Source of the DNA: Octopus sinensis | Taxonomy: Eukaryota | DNA: 64,000 bases | Assembly (NCBI RefSeq): GCF_006345805.1 | Contig: NC_043000.1 | Span: 85,994,001 to 86,058,000 of the forward strand | Direction of reading: 5' to 3' | Shown here: piece after piece, positions 25,422-38,109 of the stretch | Layout of the letters: each line of letters opens with the position of its first letter | How positions within the stretch are numbered: the stretch's first letter is position 1 | Made by a program: the position numbers and the translations under genes | Notes under the pieces: model-generated | Told to the model about the DNA's origin: nothing | Databases searched by the model: none | What the model saw: the letters and a program-made list of their open reading frames with translations, nothing else

Positions 25422-26488
25422 ATTATTTCTGTATTATATCATTATTTCTGTATTAGTTAAGTTCAACAAGGCTTTTGTTATCAAATTAAATAATTTAATT
25501 TATAATTATATAAAAACTAATGACACTTGTATAGTAGAAAAATAGTCAAGTAAGAAAAAGATATTGGTTGACTTGCTGAGGGATTATGACTTCAAGTCTG
25601 CTGGTCTTGTTTCATTGTGTTTCTGGGTTAAACACTTCTGTTTACTCTAGATGCTGGTAATAAGTACTAGAGCTAATATAAGGAGGTTACCTCTAATAGA
25701 CTGGCATTCTCTTGAGGGGTAACTGGAGTTAAGAACCTGCTCTTTGGAGAGCACCTTTAGAAGAGCTACATGACCACTCACATTATAGAAGAATGGGTAA
25801 GAGTAATTGGAGTGGAGTTGGAAAGAAATAAAATAGTGGTAATGAGACGTCAGGGTGGAGCATCAATATGAGTACAAGGTGAATAGAAGTGAGAGAAGAC
25901 AGGATAACAGGGAGTGCAGGTGTAGTGCTAGCTTGGGCTATTAAGAATAAATACCCAAGCTAACATGAGACAATCTATCCAATAGTATTTGATATATTGA
26001 CTTGTGTTTGCTTGGGTATCTTATAATAGTATATCTTTGCCAGTTTTGCATATATTTATTTCTGCTTAGTAATTTTTATTGTTGAATTATATGCCATATT
26101 TGCTTAGTTGTTACTGATATATTTAGCTATATTATTGTTTCTGTATCATGTCATTATTTCTGTATTATATCATTATTTCTGTATTAGTTAAGTTCAACAG
26201 GGCTTTTGTTATCAAATTAAATAATTTAATTTATAATTATATAAAACCTAATGACACTTGTATAGTAGAAAAATAGTCAAGTAAGAAAAAGATATTGGTT
26301 GACTTGCTGAGGGATTATGACTTCAAGTCTGCTGGTCTTGTTTCATTGTGTTTCTGGGTTAAACACTTCTGTTTACTCTAGATGCTGGCAATAAGTACTA
26401 GAGCTAATATAAGGAGGTTACCTCTAATAGACTGGCATTCTCTTGAGGGGTAACTGGAGTTAAGAACCTGCTCTTTGGAGAGCACCTT
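25422..26488. repeat. 336-bp direct repeat pair (25422-25757 and 26153-26488), offset 731 bp
   Basis: Manual alignment shows 3 substitutions and no indels. Confidence 0.9.
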
Positions 26489-27950
26489 GATGCCCGAAGA
26501 TACTATTTATTACTACAGTACCTTTGAAAATGCTCGTCTAACATATAAAGACAGAAAGTAATCACATTTATTTCATTACCATGAAAGAATAAAATTAAGT
26601 CTCTCATTTCATTGTAATCCAAAAGTATATTTTTGTTTTGCAAGCATTTTCTTCTGAATTCTTCAGTAGGATATAGTTTTTGTGGAAGGATTATCAAAAA
26701 GGATAAAAACAAAAGAAAAAAAGAAACAATAACAAAAATAACAATCAAAACAACATTTAAAGGATTTTAAAGCAAAATTACTTAAATGTGAACTCTGAAA
26801 AATAAGTTTGGTCTTTGCTGACACATCAAAACTGACAGCAACTTGATATATTTTAAAGTGACTGATTAAAAGACTGAAAGCTGTAATAGTTGTCAGTCAG
26901 GAATAACATAAAATGCTAATGAGAATGTTGAAGAAAAACTGAAATTGTTGGAGGATTACTGAGAAAAATAAATAATCTATTTAATGACTTTACATGAAGA
27001 AAAAGTGTATTAACTTAATTATTTCCTTCTATTAGGATGGTTCATCCATTCCCCTTTATATTATCTAACTTATAAATGAATTGCTTTACTATAATTGCTA
27101 GCAGACAATATTTCATCAGTTTTAGAAGCTACTAGATGGCCTCTTAAAAGTTAACTCGCATGTAAGCTGTATGAGATTTCAATGTTTAAAATCTGATGTA
27201 GCTGTTTGTGAAATTTTTTCAAGATAGTTTAGACAAAAGAAAAAAAGATCTGTAAATTCTTTAGACACACAGCTGTTTTCCACAAATAAGTAAAAGTGAT
27301 AAAGAGAATTTAATAATACTGAGAATAAAAGTCTAAGCAGCTATAACTGGATCTTCTGTGTGAAAAGGTTGTTTATTAAAGAGATGCCAAAAAGAAAAAA
27401 AAAAACTTTGACAAGAGTTATTGAGTGAAATAAAAGTGTTTCTAATGTGCATAATGAGTAAACGTAGTACTTTTTAAAATAAATTTCAGTAATAAGACTC
27501 TATAGTTGTAGAAGTAGTAGTAATAATAGAGGTTGCAAATTTTGGCACAAGGGTAGTAGTTTTGAGGATGGGGCTAAATCAGTTATATTGACACTAGTTT
27601 TCAACTGGTACTTATTTTATCGATCCTGAAAGAATTAAAAGCAAAGTTGACCTTGGTGGAATTTGAACTCAGAATGTAAAGACAGATGAACAACTGCTAA
27701 GCATTTTGCCTGGTGTGGTAACAATTCTGCCAGCTCGCTACCTTAACAGCAAAACAACAACAACAACAATAGTTTCAAATTTTGGCACAAGGCCAGCAAT
27801 TTCAGGGCAGGGAATAAGTTGATTATATCGGCCTTATTGCTCAAATGGCACTTATTTTATTGGAAGCCCTCCCTCGCAAAAAAAAAAAAAAAAAATGAAG
27901 GATGAAAGACAGATTTGACCTCAGCAAAATATGAACACAGAATGTAAAGA

Positions 27951-30222
27951 TATATATATTGATGATATCCTGGTGGATGAGAGCATAATGTTGGCAAAGG
28001 AGTAATAAGCCACTTGAAAGTGTTTTGGGCTAACTGCCAAACTGCCGGAGGCAATGGAAGGAGGAGATGCACTGGGACTCAAGCTACAGAGAGATAAGGC
28101 TGGTGCATTGGTGTTTTGGAGAGGAAATGAGACCCCAGAACTGGGCTCCAAGACAAGTAGGTGGGAACTGTTTTCTGTGTGTTGGAAGCTGCTGGGACAC
28201 TACCCGATTGCAGGATGGCTCCAGATGGCATGCAGCTTCATCAAGAGGTGAGCTGAAGGAGTAAGGTGGAGTGATAATGTGGGCGAGAAGACAACTGCCA
28301 TGATGCAAGAAGTCTTGGAGAGAGTGACTGTGGAGGACCCAGTAAAAAGAAACAGGTCTGTGCCCAAACTAAAGAATGGGATCATGTGGTGTGATACCAG
28401 CAGCATAGCAACAGGAGTTGTCCTGGAAATTGGAGGTGTTGTGGTGGAGGATGTGGCCTGGCTCAGGAAGAAGGATGAATGCAACAATATCAATGTGGCG
28501 GAGCTGGATGCCGTGTTGAAGGGGCTGAACCTGGCCCTGAGGTGGGGGCTGCATACCATTGAGGTCCGAACTGATTTGGCCACTGTACTTAGATGAGAGG
28601 GATCAGTGCTCACTGATGAGCGGAAGGTGCAAACCAAAGAGGGTGCAAAGATGCTGATAAAACTCCGTTTGGGAATTTTGGGTGAGCTAGCTGCTGAGTT
28701 TGACCTGAGGCTGAGCGTGGTTTTTGTGCTCTTCGAGAGGAATAGAGTGGACGTCCTGACCAGAATAAAGAAAGCCTGGTTGCAGGTGCCAGAGGATCTG
28801 GAGCAAGGAGTGGCTGCAGTGTGTCAACTGAGTGACTTAGAGCTGAGGAGATTGCATACCATGCATCATATGGGGGTGGACAGAACCCTGTCCTAGCCAG
28901 GAATGTTGACTCTGACATAACCAGATAGAGTGTGCAAAGAGTAGTTGGGAGCTGTGACAGGTGCCAGTCCATTGACCTTGCTCTGAGTGTGCATGAGGCA
29001 GGAAGCATTCCAGTGGAACACAACTGGAAATGACTGGCAGTGGACATGACATGCTACTGGCAGGGGATATAGCTCTTGATGGTCGACTGCTGACTGAGGC
29101 AGTTGGCCATATGGAGGCTGATGGAAATGGGGACCATGGAAGAAATCACAAGAATACTGAGTTATTCCTAGAACGAGGCCCCATGTATTTCACTAGGAGC
29201 TGCTGGGGGAAATGTTCTGCGGCATGTTCTCTGTTTCTTCAGGCCGGCATACTGGCCAAGTGGCAATGGGGTTGTGGAGAGGCATCCTCGCACCATCAAG
29301 ACCATAGCAGAGAGGGTACACATCTTATCCATTCGAGGCTGTTTTTTGGTATAATATGTCACCAAGGTTGGGACAGGCTGAGGAGTCAGTGCCACAGAAG
29401 GCAATATTCAAGTACGAGTGGAGATATCCATGCACTGCATTGCCACAACCTGCAGAAGAGAAAGAGCATGCCTTTGTACAGGTCAGGGAAGAAGTCTGGG
29501 TTAAATCCCCAAATACGTGGTGCACATCACAATGGAGAAAAGGGGACAATAACCTTTGTAAATTTGAAGAACAATGTGTCCATAGATGGCATACCACGTC
29601 ATGTTTTGGATGTGCACAGGATCATCACTGCAATGGAGGATGGAACCAACAGTAATGGACAAGAGGATGAAGCTGGCAGCAACATGCCAGGAACTGAAGT
29701 CAGTCCTGAAGTCCCATGGTGGTCGCAGAGGAAGCAGTGCCCTCCTCACTGGCTGGCTAATTATGAGACAAGTTAAAGCATGTGGCCAGGGTTGAAGAGA
29801 GAGTGTGGGCAGGCTGGTTGAATGATCTTCAGATTAGGGATGTGTGGTGTTATGAGCCAGGCTGTTTTGTAGGGAAGGATCAGAAGTGAGGGAGTATGCA
29901 TGTCCTGTCGGAAGTGGGGTTTGTGGGTCCCACCAGAAAGGCTGTAGTGGGCATGCAGGGTCAGCGAGGCACAAGCAGTCAGTTGGTGGTGGACAGCACA
30001 TGAGAGCAGATATGTTAGACGGTACGGTGGCAGATGGAGCACATAGATGTTGTGAGTGAACCTTCCAGATTGAAACAGAACATGTGGACTTTGTGAGTGA
30101 CTCTTTCCATACTGACAGGTAAGACTACAGCAATTCTCTCTTTGCTTTTGTCTTTTTCCTCCTTCACATCACATTAAACAGATTGGTTAATGACAAATAG
30201 TAAAGAGCACAACTAAAACACA
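27951..30222 (+). mobile_element. Ty3/Gypsy LTR retrotransposon remnant (RT end, RNase H, integrase, probable 3' LTR)
   Basis: YIDDILV (27955), ELFSVC.KL.GHYPIAGWL, WCDTSSIATGVVLE...NINVAELDAVLKGLNLAL.W...TD (RNase H), H..HHMG...C..C (integrase Zn finger), and C-terminal SQR...PPHWLANY. A TG-starting LTR-like segment runs ~29781-30222. Confidence 0.85.
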
Positions 30223-30576
30223 GTATTTAGCGTTGTCCCTCTTTCTTCTGATAAAATATCCTGTCAAGATTAACTTAAAGTTTTCTGTAATTTATAAAAT
30301 CCTTTTCTTAAGTAAGTAAAGCTTTGTCTTAACACACTTTACAAGTTTCTTGAACATTTTTAATATGTTTATATATCAACAACCCAATCAATAACAAGAC
30401 CAGTAATACTGCTAACAACGACGTCAATATCAATAACATACAATGTTTTGTAGCACATGCAGAAAATATAAGAATCTGAGTTGCTGATGGCAGTAACATT
30501 TGACTAGTAATAGACTTGAGAGGGTAAATAGGGTTTGCAAGAATTACAAAAAAAGTAAAAAAATAAATTTTCTTGC

Positions 30577-30693
30577 CTGTAAACTGCTAGTGATATCATC
30601 CAGTAGATCGCTCCCCTGAGACCCCTCTGAAGAATTTAGTCTTAGGGCTGATGGAGGGTGTGTTGATGATGTTAAACTCATATCACTTTCATA
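30577..30693 (-). CDS. Candidate internal exon YESDMSLTSSTHPPSALRLNSSEGSQGSDLLDDITSSLQ with GC-AG donor
   Basis: Acceptor ttcatttcacag| and donor CAG|gcaag. 117 nt, phase 0-0, only one frame open, locally raised GC and natural residue usage. Confidence 0.55.
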
Positions 30694-31266
30694 CTGTGAA
30701 ATGAACCATGAAATAAAAAAGAATAAACATCAAATGTTAAAATTTGTTAAAAGTTATCTTGTTGAACAAACTGAAACTTCAAACTTTCTTATAATAAAGT
30801 TTATAAAGTTACAAGAGCAATGGAAACATTAATGGACATAAATACTACACAGAGTTAAGTTTTATAATGATTCATTTGTACATCTTCAAGTATGTGTACA
30901 TGTGTATGTGTGCATGCATATGTATGTGTGGTGAGTGTGTGAAATGTATATGGTATTATTAGTCTTAGTCAGAAAAAGATGCTTAAACTTTTGTTTGAAA
31001 TGTAGTAACATATGTATAAAGATCGCAATTTGGAAATGGAAAACAGTTTAAACATGAGGGAAAACATGTAAAGCCAGTTTTTACACTAGTCTGTAATAGT
31101 TTGACAACAAACATATGTAACATATATAATCATTGAAATTATTTAACATTTTATAACAATAAACATATGGATAGGTAGATCCTTTTATACATAAAAGTAA
31201 TAACAGAAAAGAATCCACTTCTTCAATTTTCAATGTTGAAGCACTACTGTTAAAAGTTCATCATAC

Positions 31267-31332
31267 CTGCAGTTGATACATCCAATAAAATTTGAAAACA
31301 AAATATAATTGACTTAATATTTGAACAGTAAG
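31267..31332 (-). CDS. Candidate exon (LTVQILSQLYFVFKFYWMYQLQ in phase 0)
   Basis: Acceptor tatttatttttcag| and donor CAG|gtatga. 66 nt, phase-compatible with the 30693 exon. A second frame is also open. Confidence 0.35.
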
Positions 31333-31683
31333 CTGAAAAATAAATACAATATCTTTGAAATGATTTTTAAAATATCCAATATCCTAATATACTGGAATAT
31401 TATAAAATGCACAAAATAGTTTCTCAAGAACAAAAAAAAAAAAAAATTGCTTCGACCTCAGAAAAGGTTAAGTTCTATTAGCAAGATAACAACAAGTACA
31501 TCTTTCTCCAATCCTGCATCAATGATCGTCCAATGAAAACAATACATATATAACAGAGAACATTGTCCACACGTTACTGACTCTTATATGACCTCTAGTA
31601 TTTTCAGATTTCTATTTTCAGCCAGATGAGATATAGGTTTCTTTCTTAATCTCGATTTCAACTGCCTACAAGTGGTAGCCATA

Positions 31684-31720
<37 letters not shown>

Positions 31721-32389
31721 CAGCGTATTGATTTCTTCCTCATTTCAATATAATTATCTCTTAATTCTGCATAAGGATGTAGTTAACAAAGTGAAATTTT
31801 AAGGTTTTCCCATTTATTTACAAGCTAGAAAGCTTGTTTGCAAGTAATCTAGGAAAAGCAGCCACTTGTAAAGAATTAACCAGTGACTAAGGAAATTTAA
31901 TTTTAAGAGAAGATGATATGCCAGTTACTCTGGAATAATAAGATCAGGTTCACTTGTAGTTTGAGGCTAAATTTTAACTTTGATTAATACTCTTTGTTCA
32001 ATCAGAATCTTGAATTATTTTTAACCATTCCATGGCTGTATTTTATAGCAACCTACAGTTGTTTTGGTTGTTTTTAACTGCTCTATATCCGTATTCTTTA
32101 GTAATTGGCATCTGTTTTGTTTTTTCTTTTTAATACACAAAGTCAGTTTTTTTTTCTCCAGGTAACTAAACTTTGAAAATATCTTCTTTCACTCTCTTTC
32201 TAAATGTAGATTAAATAAATATCTTAAATTTGTCTTTGAGCACCAATCATCTCTTTGCAAGATTCTTTTTGTGATAAAGATCATTAATAATTCATTACTT
32301 GTTATTAGGCATGCTCCACCTTTTTTCTGATGTATTTTTTCTACTTTATATCATTTATCCATGCTAATAAAGATGCTATGATTTGTGGC

Positions 32390-33432
32390 AGAATAATGTT
32401 TTCATAACTGGATGCTCTTCTTGCTACAAACAACTCTAGGTGTGAAGTCTGTTGTTTTGCCAGTTAGGCAAACTGAAGAAAGCAGAACTACAATGGTAAT
32501 TGTTAAAATCTGTAAGTATAGGACATCCAGTTGAGTTTGATGATAAGCTCCTTGAGGCATTACCTGAAGAAAATCTTGCATTGTCAGTTGCAGAATTGGC
32601 AATAAATCTTAGTTCAAACCATACAATTGTTCATCGTCATCTTCATCAATTTGGAAAGGTTCCTAAACTTGGAAAATCGGTGCCTCATGAATTGTCCCAA
32701 AGCAACCACAAATCCCAAGTTAACATCTGCTCTTCTCTCCATTCTCACAAACTCATTTCACCCTTTTTGGATAGACTTGTGACTGGTGACGAAAAATAGA
32801 TCTTCTATCGAAATGTTAAATATTGTAAACAATGGCTTGGTAAAAGGGAAAAAGCTCAACCACAACCAAGAAGGTAACTTCATGGGAAAAAGGTTCTCTC
32901 TATCTGGTGGTATTGCAAAGGAGTAATTCACTTTGAATTGTTACCACCTAATGCAACAATCAATGCTCAAGTCTACTGTCAGCAATTAGAGCGTTTGAAC
33001 CAAGCTTTGAAGAAAAAAGACCTGCTTTAGTGAATTGAAAAGGAGTGATGTTTCATCAGGACAATGCGCAACTCCACACTGCAAAGATCATATCACAGAA
33101 GATCGAAGAGCTTGGTTGGGAAAAAATTCCTTATCTGCCTTATTCTCCCAACCTTGCTCCTTCAGACTACCATTTTTGTAGCTTACAGAATCATTTGGGG
33201 GACATAACTTTCGCAAGCCAGGGGAAGGTTGAAACTGACATTTCAGAGTTCTTTGCTTTGAAACCAAAGGAGTTTTACATTGATGGGATTAAAAAGCTTG
33301 TAAATAGATGGAAGGAAGTCATAGATAATCAGGGAAAAATAATACATTGATGATTAAATTTCAATTAAATATAACATTTGATCACTTGTTTTCTTTATTC
33401 AAAATTCAGACAGAACTTATGGGATGACCTGA
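32390..33432 (+). mobile_element. Mariner (DD34D) remnant
   Basis: GHPVEFDD..L.AL.EEN...SVAELA...H.TI.RHL...GK..KLGK.VPHEL, LVTGDEK, FHQDNA.LHTA, YSPNLAPSDYH. TIR-like ttatgggatgacctga-ta. Confidence 0.85.
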
Positions 33433-33957
33433 TATATATATATATATAATGTAAGATCCAGGGGTCAAGGTGTAGGAAGAAAGTTAGCTTCAAGCAATCT
33501 GTAGTAAATATATAAAAACAACTTTCAGGGACAATAGTGGTTTATTGAGACAGAAGGTTATGAATATTTTTCATATTGAAGTACGATAAACTGAAAAAAG
33601 TTCTTTTTATATTCCACAGTTGGCAACCAGGGGTTGCTGGGCATGCAAATAAGAATATGGGAGTTACAGAATGGAGTAAATAAGATCTGGGCTGCATATA
33701 TTTCATAGTGAGCGGAACCTCAGAAATGGTAAATATCTAGGCAAACTGCGTTAACATGCACCTCCTTGTGGCAATGTAAACTTTCATTTAATCAAGATAT
33801 CCTTGGCCTGAAGAGTAGTCTGTGGTATACACCTCACATGGATATTTACTACTTCTGAGGACCTGCTTGCTATGAAACATATGTAGCCTAGATCTTATTT
33901 ACTTCATTCCATAACTCTTGTGTATATATGTGTGTGTACATATATATATATATATAT

Positions 33958-34749
33958 ATATTGATTTAAAGCCAGAAAATAATTGTATAACTCAGTAAAT
34001 AACCTATTTTTGACGTTAAACCATGTCTAGTGCTTTTAAATGTGTTAAATATTGTACCAGAAAAGCAGAATGCTTTCTGCCTCTCACTCAGTTTTATATT
34101 CTCATCACAGTGTAAGGAATGTGTGTATGTATGAATGTGTATGTGTGTTACATCATTTTCAGAAGAGGAAGACTAAGGAAGAAAAGGACAAAAAAAGGCA
34201 ATTTGAATTTTAACCATTGTCCATGAAAATAGTGACATATATATATGTATAGATGGATAAGCGTATATGTGTGTATACCTTAAGATTATACGTATATTTG
34301 TGAGTGTGTATAAGTATCTATATGATTGTGTGTGCTTGTATATATGTATAAGTAAGGTTATATTTGCATATATGTATCTAAGACATATCCATTCACCATT
34401 AGATAGTGGTAAGAGGGACAAATGCACACACACACACACACCAGCACATAAACACACATTCATATGTACATACACATGTACACACACACAGGCACGTCTA
34501 CCCACTTACCTAAATACGCACATGCATACATAAGTACATGTGTACATACATACATATATATATATACATACATACATACATACATGCGTATAGGTATGCA
34601 CATATGCATACGCACATACATGTACACACACGTACATATATACATACATACATACATACATACATACATACCTTTAAAAGCAACAGACATGGTTTAACAT
34701 CAAAAACTTTACGTTAGTTACTGAGTTATACAATGATTTAAATCAATAT
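33958..34749. mobile_element. Non-autonomous TIR element (~70-bp TIRs) with internal microsatellites
   Basis: atattgatttaaa...ttgtataactcagtaa...tttgacgttaaaccatgtct mirrored at 34684-34749. Confidence 0.7.
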
Positions 34750-36609
34750 TTTTCAAATGGATTAGGAATCATTTACTGTTGGGATTTACTAATTAATTTT
34801 TATAGCTTTTGTCATCGGTCTATCCAAACTGAATAAGAACTAGCAATTTGGGTATGCCAGGGATGTACCATGATTGGCATGATCCTGAAGTATGTATACT
34901 GTTAGTTCAGAGCAGATACAGTAGATGAGACAGAGTGAAGAAATATTGTGTCTATGGTCTCATACTTGAAGTGAGTCTTTGTTACTGTTGTCTAGCTCCA
35001 GGGCAGGCTCATGTTCAAAGATGATCCAGCCATGACTACCCAACTTTTTATGGATACAGTGCACCCAAGGCCACATTACTCAATGCAATATTTTTCTTCT
35101 AAAGATGGCTGAGTTTGCTTTTAGGGAAATTTGGCTGCTATTTTTAGCTAGTAGAAGGACTATCTTGAGTAGTAATTCCTGTTTTACTCAAATGGGCCCT
35201 CATAGCCATTCAATATTCAAAAAAATTCAATAACATTTTTATAATTAAATATTACTAGAAATTTTGTAAAAAAATTTTTTAAATGTCTTGTCCAACCCAT
35301 GCTAGCATGGAAAGCAGACGCTAAACGATGGTGATGATGATGATGATGTCTTGTACATTGGAGAAGTATAACCAATTTATTGCTCATAAACTTCAGCAAA
35401 ATCTCATGTTGACCCCCAAAGGTCATATGGAGCCCAGTTGAAGGCTACTGGTCTAGAGGCCCCAGTAAATTGCCAGATGCCTCTTTTGCATATTGTACAG
35501 AATGTTTTAGTGTGTGGAGTAGCAGCAACAATACTCTCATATGATGTGTACTTGGAAAGAGAGAGAGAAAGAGAGAGAGAGGGGGGGGAGGGAGGGGGGG
35601 AGAATTGTTCCGAGTGTCTTTTCTGTGTTTTCTGGTCTTGAAGAGTAATGTTATAGAAATGGGATCACCATGAAAGATCATCTGAAATTATGAGACCAAG
35701 TATTTGTAGAGAATTTAATGGCTTATCTTGTGTTGTTGGTAATGTGGTGGAATTGTTTCTTTGATGTATTTTAGTTCTGTTGAAAGTAACTACTGGAAGA
35801 TATGATATGTTTATTGAGGTAGTGAAAGTCTTGTATGTAGTGTCTAGGCTGGATTGTATAATGGGATGTGCAGTGTGGTGTTGGAAGTCTTAACAGGAAG
35901 GTCGGTAATATTTCAAAAGAAATATGAGGGTGGTACACCAGAGCTGACAGAATGTAGGACAAAGTGAATTCTTTCCAGAATTCAGATACAAGAGATGGAG
36001 AGACAGCATAAGATGCCATTGGAAAGCAACTTTGTTAGAAAATCCTTATACTGGATATAGTTGAAGTATAAACAGTTGTCAAGGAAAATAAGATTGTTTG
36101 GGCTAAAATTCTCAAAAGCAAGAGATTTAGGAAACCAAATATCTGGTATATATGGCTCCATGAGAACTATATTGATAGTTGTTAAGGAGGGAAAACTACT
36201 CAAAGAGATAAAAGGAAGTTCATGACTATGTATATTAGTTTTGAAATGTGGGTGATGGACCAATAGTTGTCAGGGTTAGAAAGATTGCTTCATTTTGAGG
36301 ATTAAATGTGTCTTCCAATAGTTTGAGACAAATGAAGGAAATCAAAGTTTATTGAGGATTGAAATTGTGTTAGGGACACATTGTTTGATGTGGGTGGGGA
36401 TAAAACATAGTGAAAAGTGTTATTTCAACTATGAAATTAAAATGACAATGAATTTTATCTGACAAAACCGCATATACACCCATTTATTTTAAACATAATC
36501 ACTAATGGGATAGTAGATGAGTGTTTTACTTTAAAAAGTTTAGAGGTGTGAAGTCATGGGGCTGAAACAGAACATTGCTCATACCTGGAAGAAATTTTAA
36601 CTGATCCAA

Positions 36610-36829
36610 TTAACTAATACTTTAGCATTCAGATTACTCTGTCAAATGTAATGCTTATTTATTCACACTGTTTTGAATTCATCCTGCATTATCTTGTTGC
36701 CTTGAGATTTCAATTATGTGACTGTTTATTTTTGTAGGGTAGGTGTGAGAGGCTGGATCAGGCCAGTTTGAACATAAAACAGGTAAATATTTTGGTCAAA
36801 TATGATCAGTTTAAATGTTAAAGGGTTAA
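36610..36829. mobile_element. piggyBac-type MITE, left end decayed
   Basis: Ends ...aatgttaaagggTTAA. The left end tttagcattcaga is complementary in part. Confidence 0.55.
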
Positions 36830-36968
36830 GGAATTTATCTATTTAATATGGATAATCTTTGTTAATCTCACAGAGTATTTAATGAGGAATTGACATTTTG
36901 TCAGTTGTCCTGACCAAGAATGTTTGAATGATAATTTTTGTTCCAGAGTGAAACTTTTCACCACTTAC

Positions 36969-37052
36969 TTCTCTCAAGATTTGTTTTTAATTTGTCAATA
37001 TACAGTTTGTTGTCATATTTCAGAGATGTGTGGCACAGATATATCTCCCCTA
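36969..37052 (-). CDS. Weak candidate exon (GEIYLCHTSLKYDNKLYIDKLKTNLER)
   Basis: Strong donor GAA|gtaagt and a single open frame. The acceptor is ambiguous (37052 or 37066). Confidence 0.3.
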
Positions 37053-37781
37053 CTAATGGTAAACTTCTGTTTTAGTGCTTATTATGTATATTTAATTCAT
37101 GAAGGCTTGAGATAAATCTACAAGTATTACATTGTTAGTGGAGGTTTACAAATCAAACCCAAATATTTTGTTGAAAAAATTTTCTTAATAAAAATATAAT
37201 TTTAGAAATACTTTTTGACAGAAATAATAAAATTTTCTAAAAGTTCCATTCAGGATTGCATCAGATGGTAAATATCTTAGATTTCATGATTAGCTATTTA
37301 CTTTTCTATTTGATAGAAATGATGTTGAAAAAATATATTTCATGATAAATAAACACTCAGTATCTTTCATCACAACTTCAACATACATTTTCCCTTGTTA
37401 AGCAAAAAAAAAAAAAAAATCAAAAGCCGGTTATAGAGATAAAGTATCATACATCGACCCAGCACATTCTAAACCAATATTTACTTCTCAAGATAAGAAA
37501 AATAATAGCAATAGAAATAATAAGAATAATGATTTGAGTTCTAATAACGTCGGCACCCCTGTTCATAAGAGAAATCATTTACGGACCAAGGGAGGCAATA
37601 AACACCCAGCCCCAAATTTCCAGCACAAAAATTTTCCCCTTACTGTCACAAATAGCGATAGGAACAATTCTAAGTCCACAAAAAACTATATTTGGTTTGT
37701 TATACCTTTCGGAAAACAAATCAAATCAAACCTTCCCTTACAGTTCCGAGAAGCCATGGCTAGGAACTTTCCCAGGTATCA

Positions 37782-38109
37782 TCTCTCTCTATAACACGCA
37801 GTTTGTCTACTCTACCCTCACTCTGACATTTCAACGATCTGATGAATCACACTAGCAATGTCATAATTCAAAACTAACGCAGCGAAAATTTGAAAAATTC
37901 CCCCAGTTCTGAAAAAAATCGATAAATTCGACATGGGGTCGAGAATCAGAAACCCAAACCACAGGGGACGCAACTCCACCTTTTTTACTCTCAAAAAATT
38001 TACCATAATTTTTTTTCCATTTTTTTGCTATTTTTTGGCTATAACTCTCTAAAAATGCTTTATAGTTATTTCCATTACAAACCTGAGCAACGCCGGGCGA
38101 CACTAATAG
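37782..38109 (+). mobile_element. 328-bp non-autonomous Helitron-like insertion
   Basis: Sits between A and T, starts TC and ends in CTAG-like ctaatag after a subterminal GC hairpin (cctgagcaacgccggg). Removing it restores the host reading frame. Confidence 0.65.

Noticed and set aside
25422-26488. TRIM/LTR interpretation of the direct repeat
   Set aside because: No TG...CA termini, PBS, PPT or target-site duplication found.
35575-35602. G-rich tract with quadruplex potential
   Set aside because: Part of a degenerate (GA)n microsatellite with no other support.
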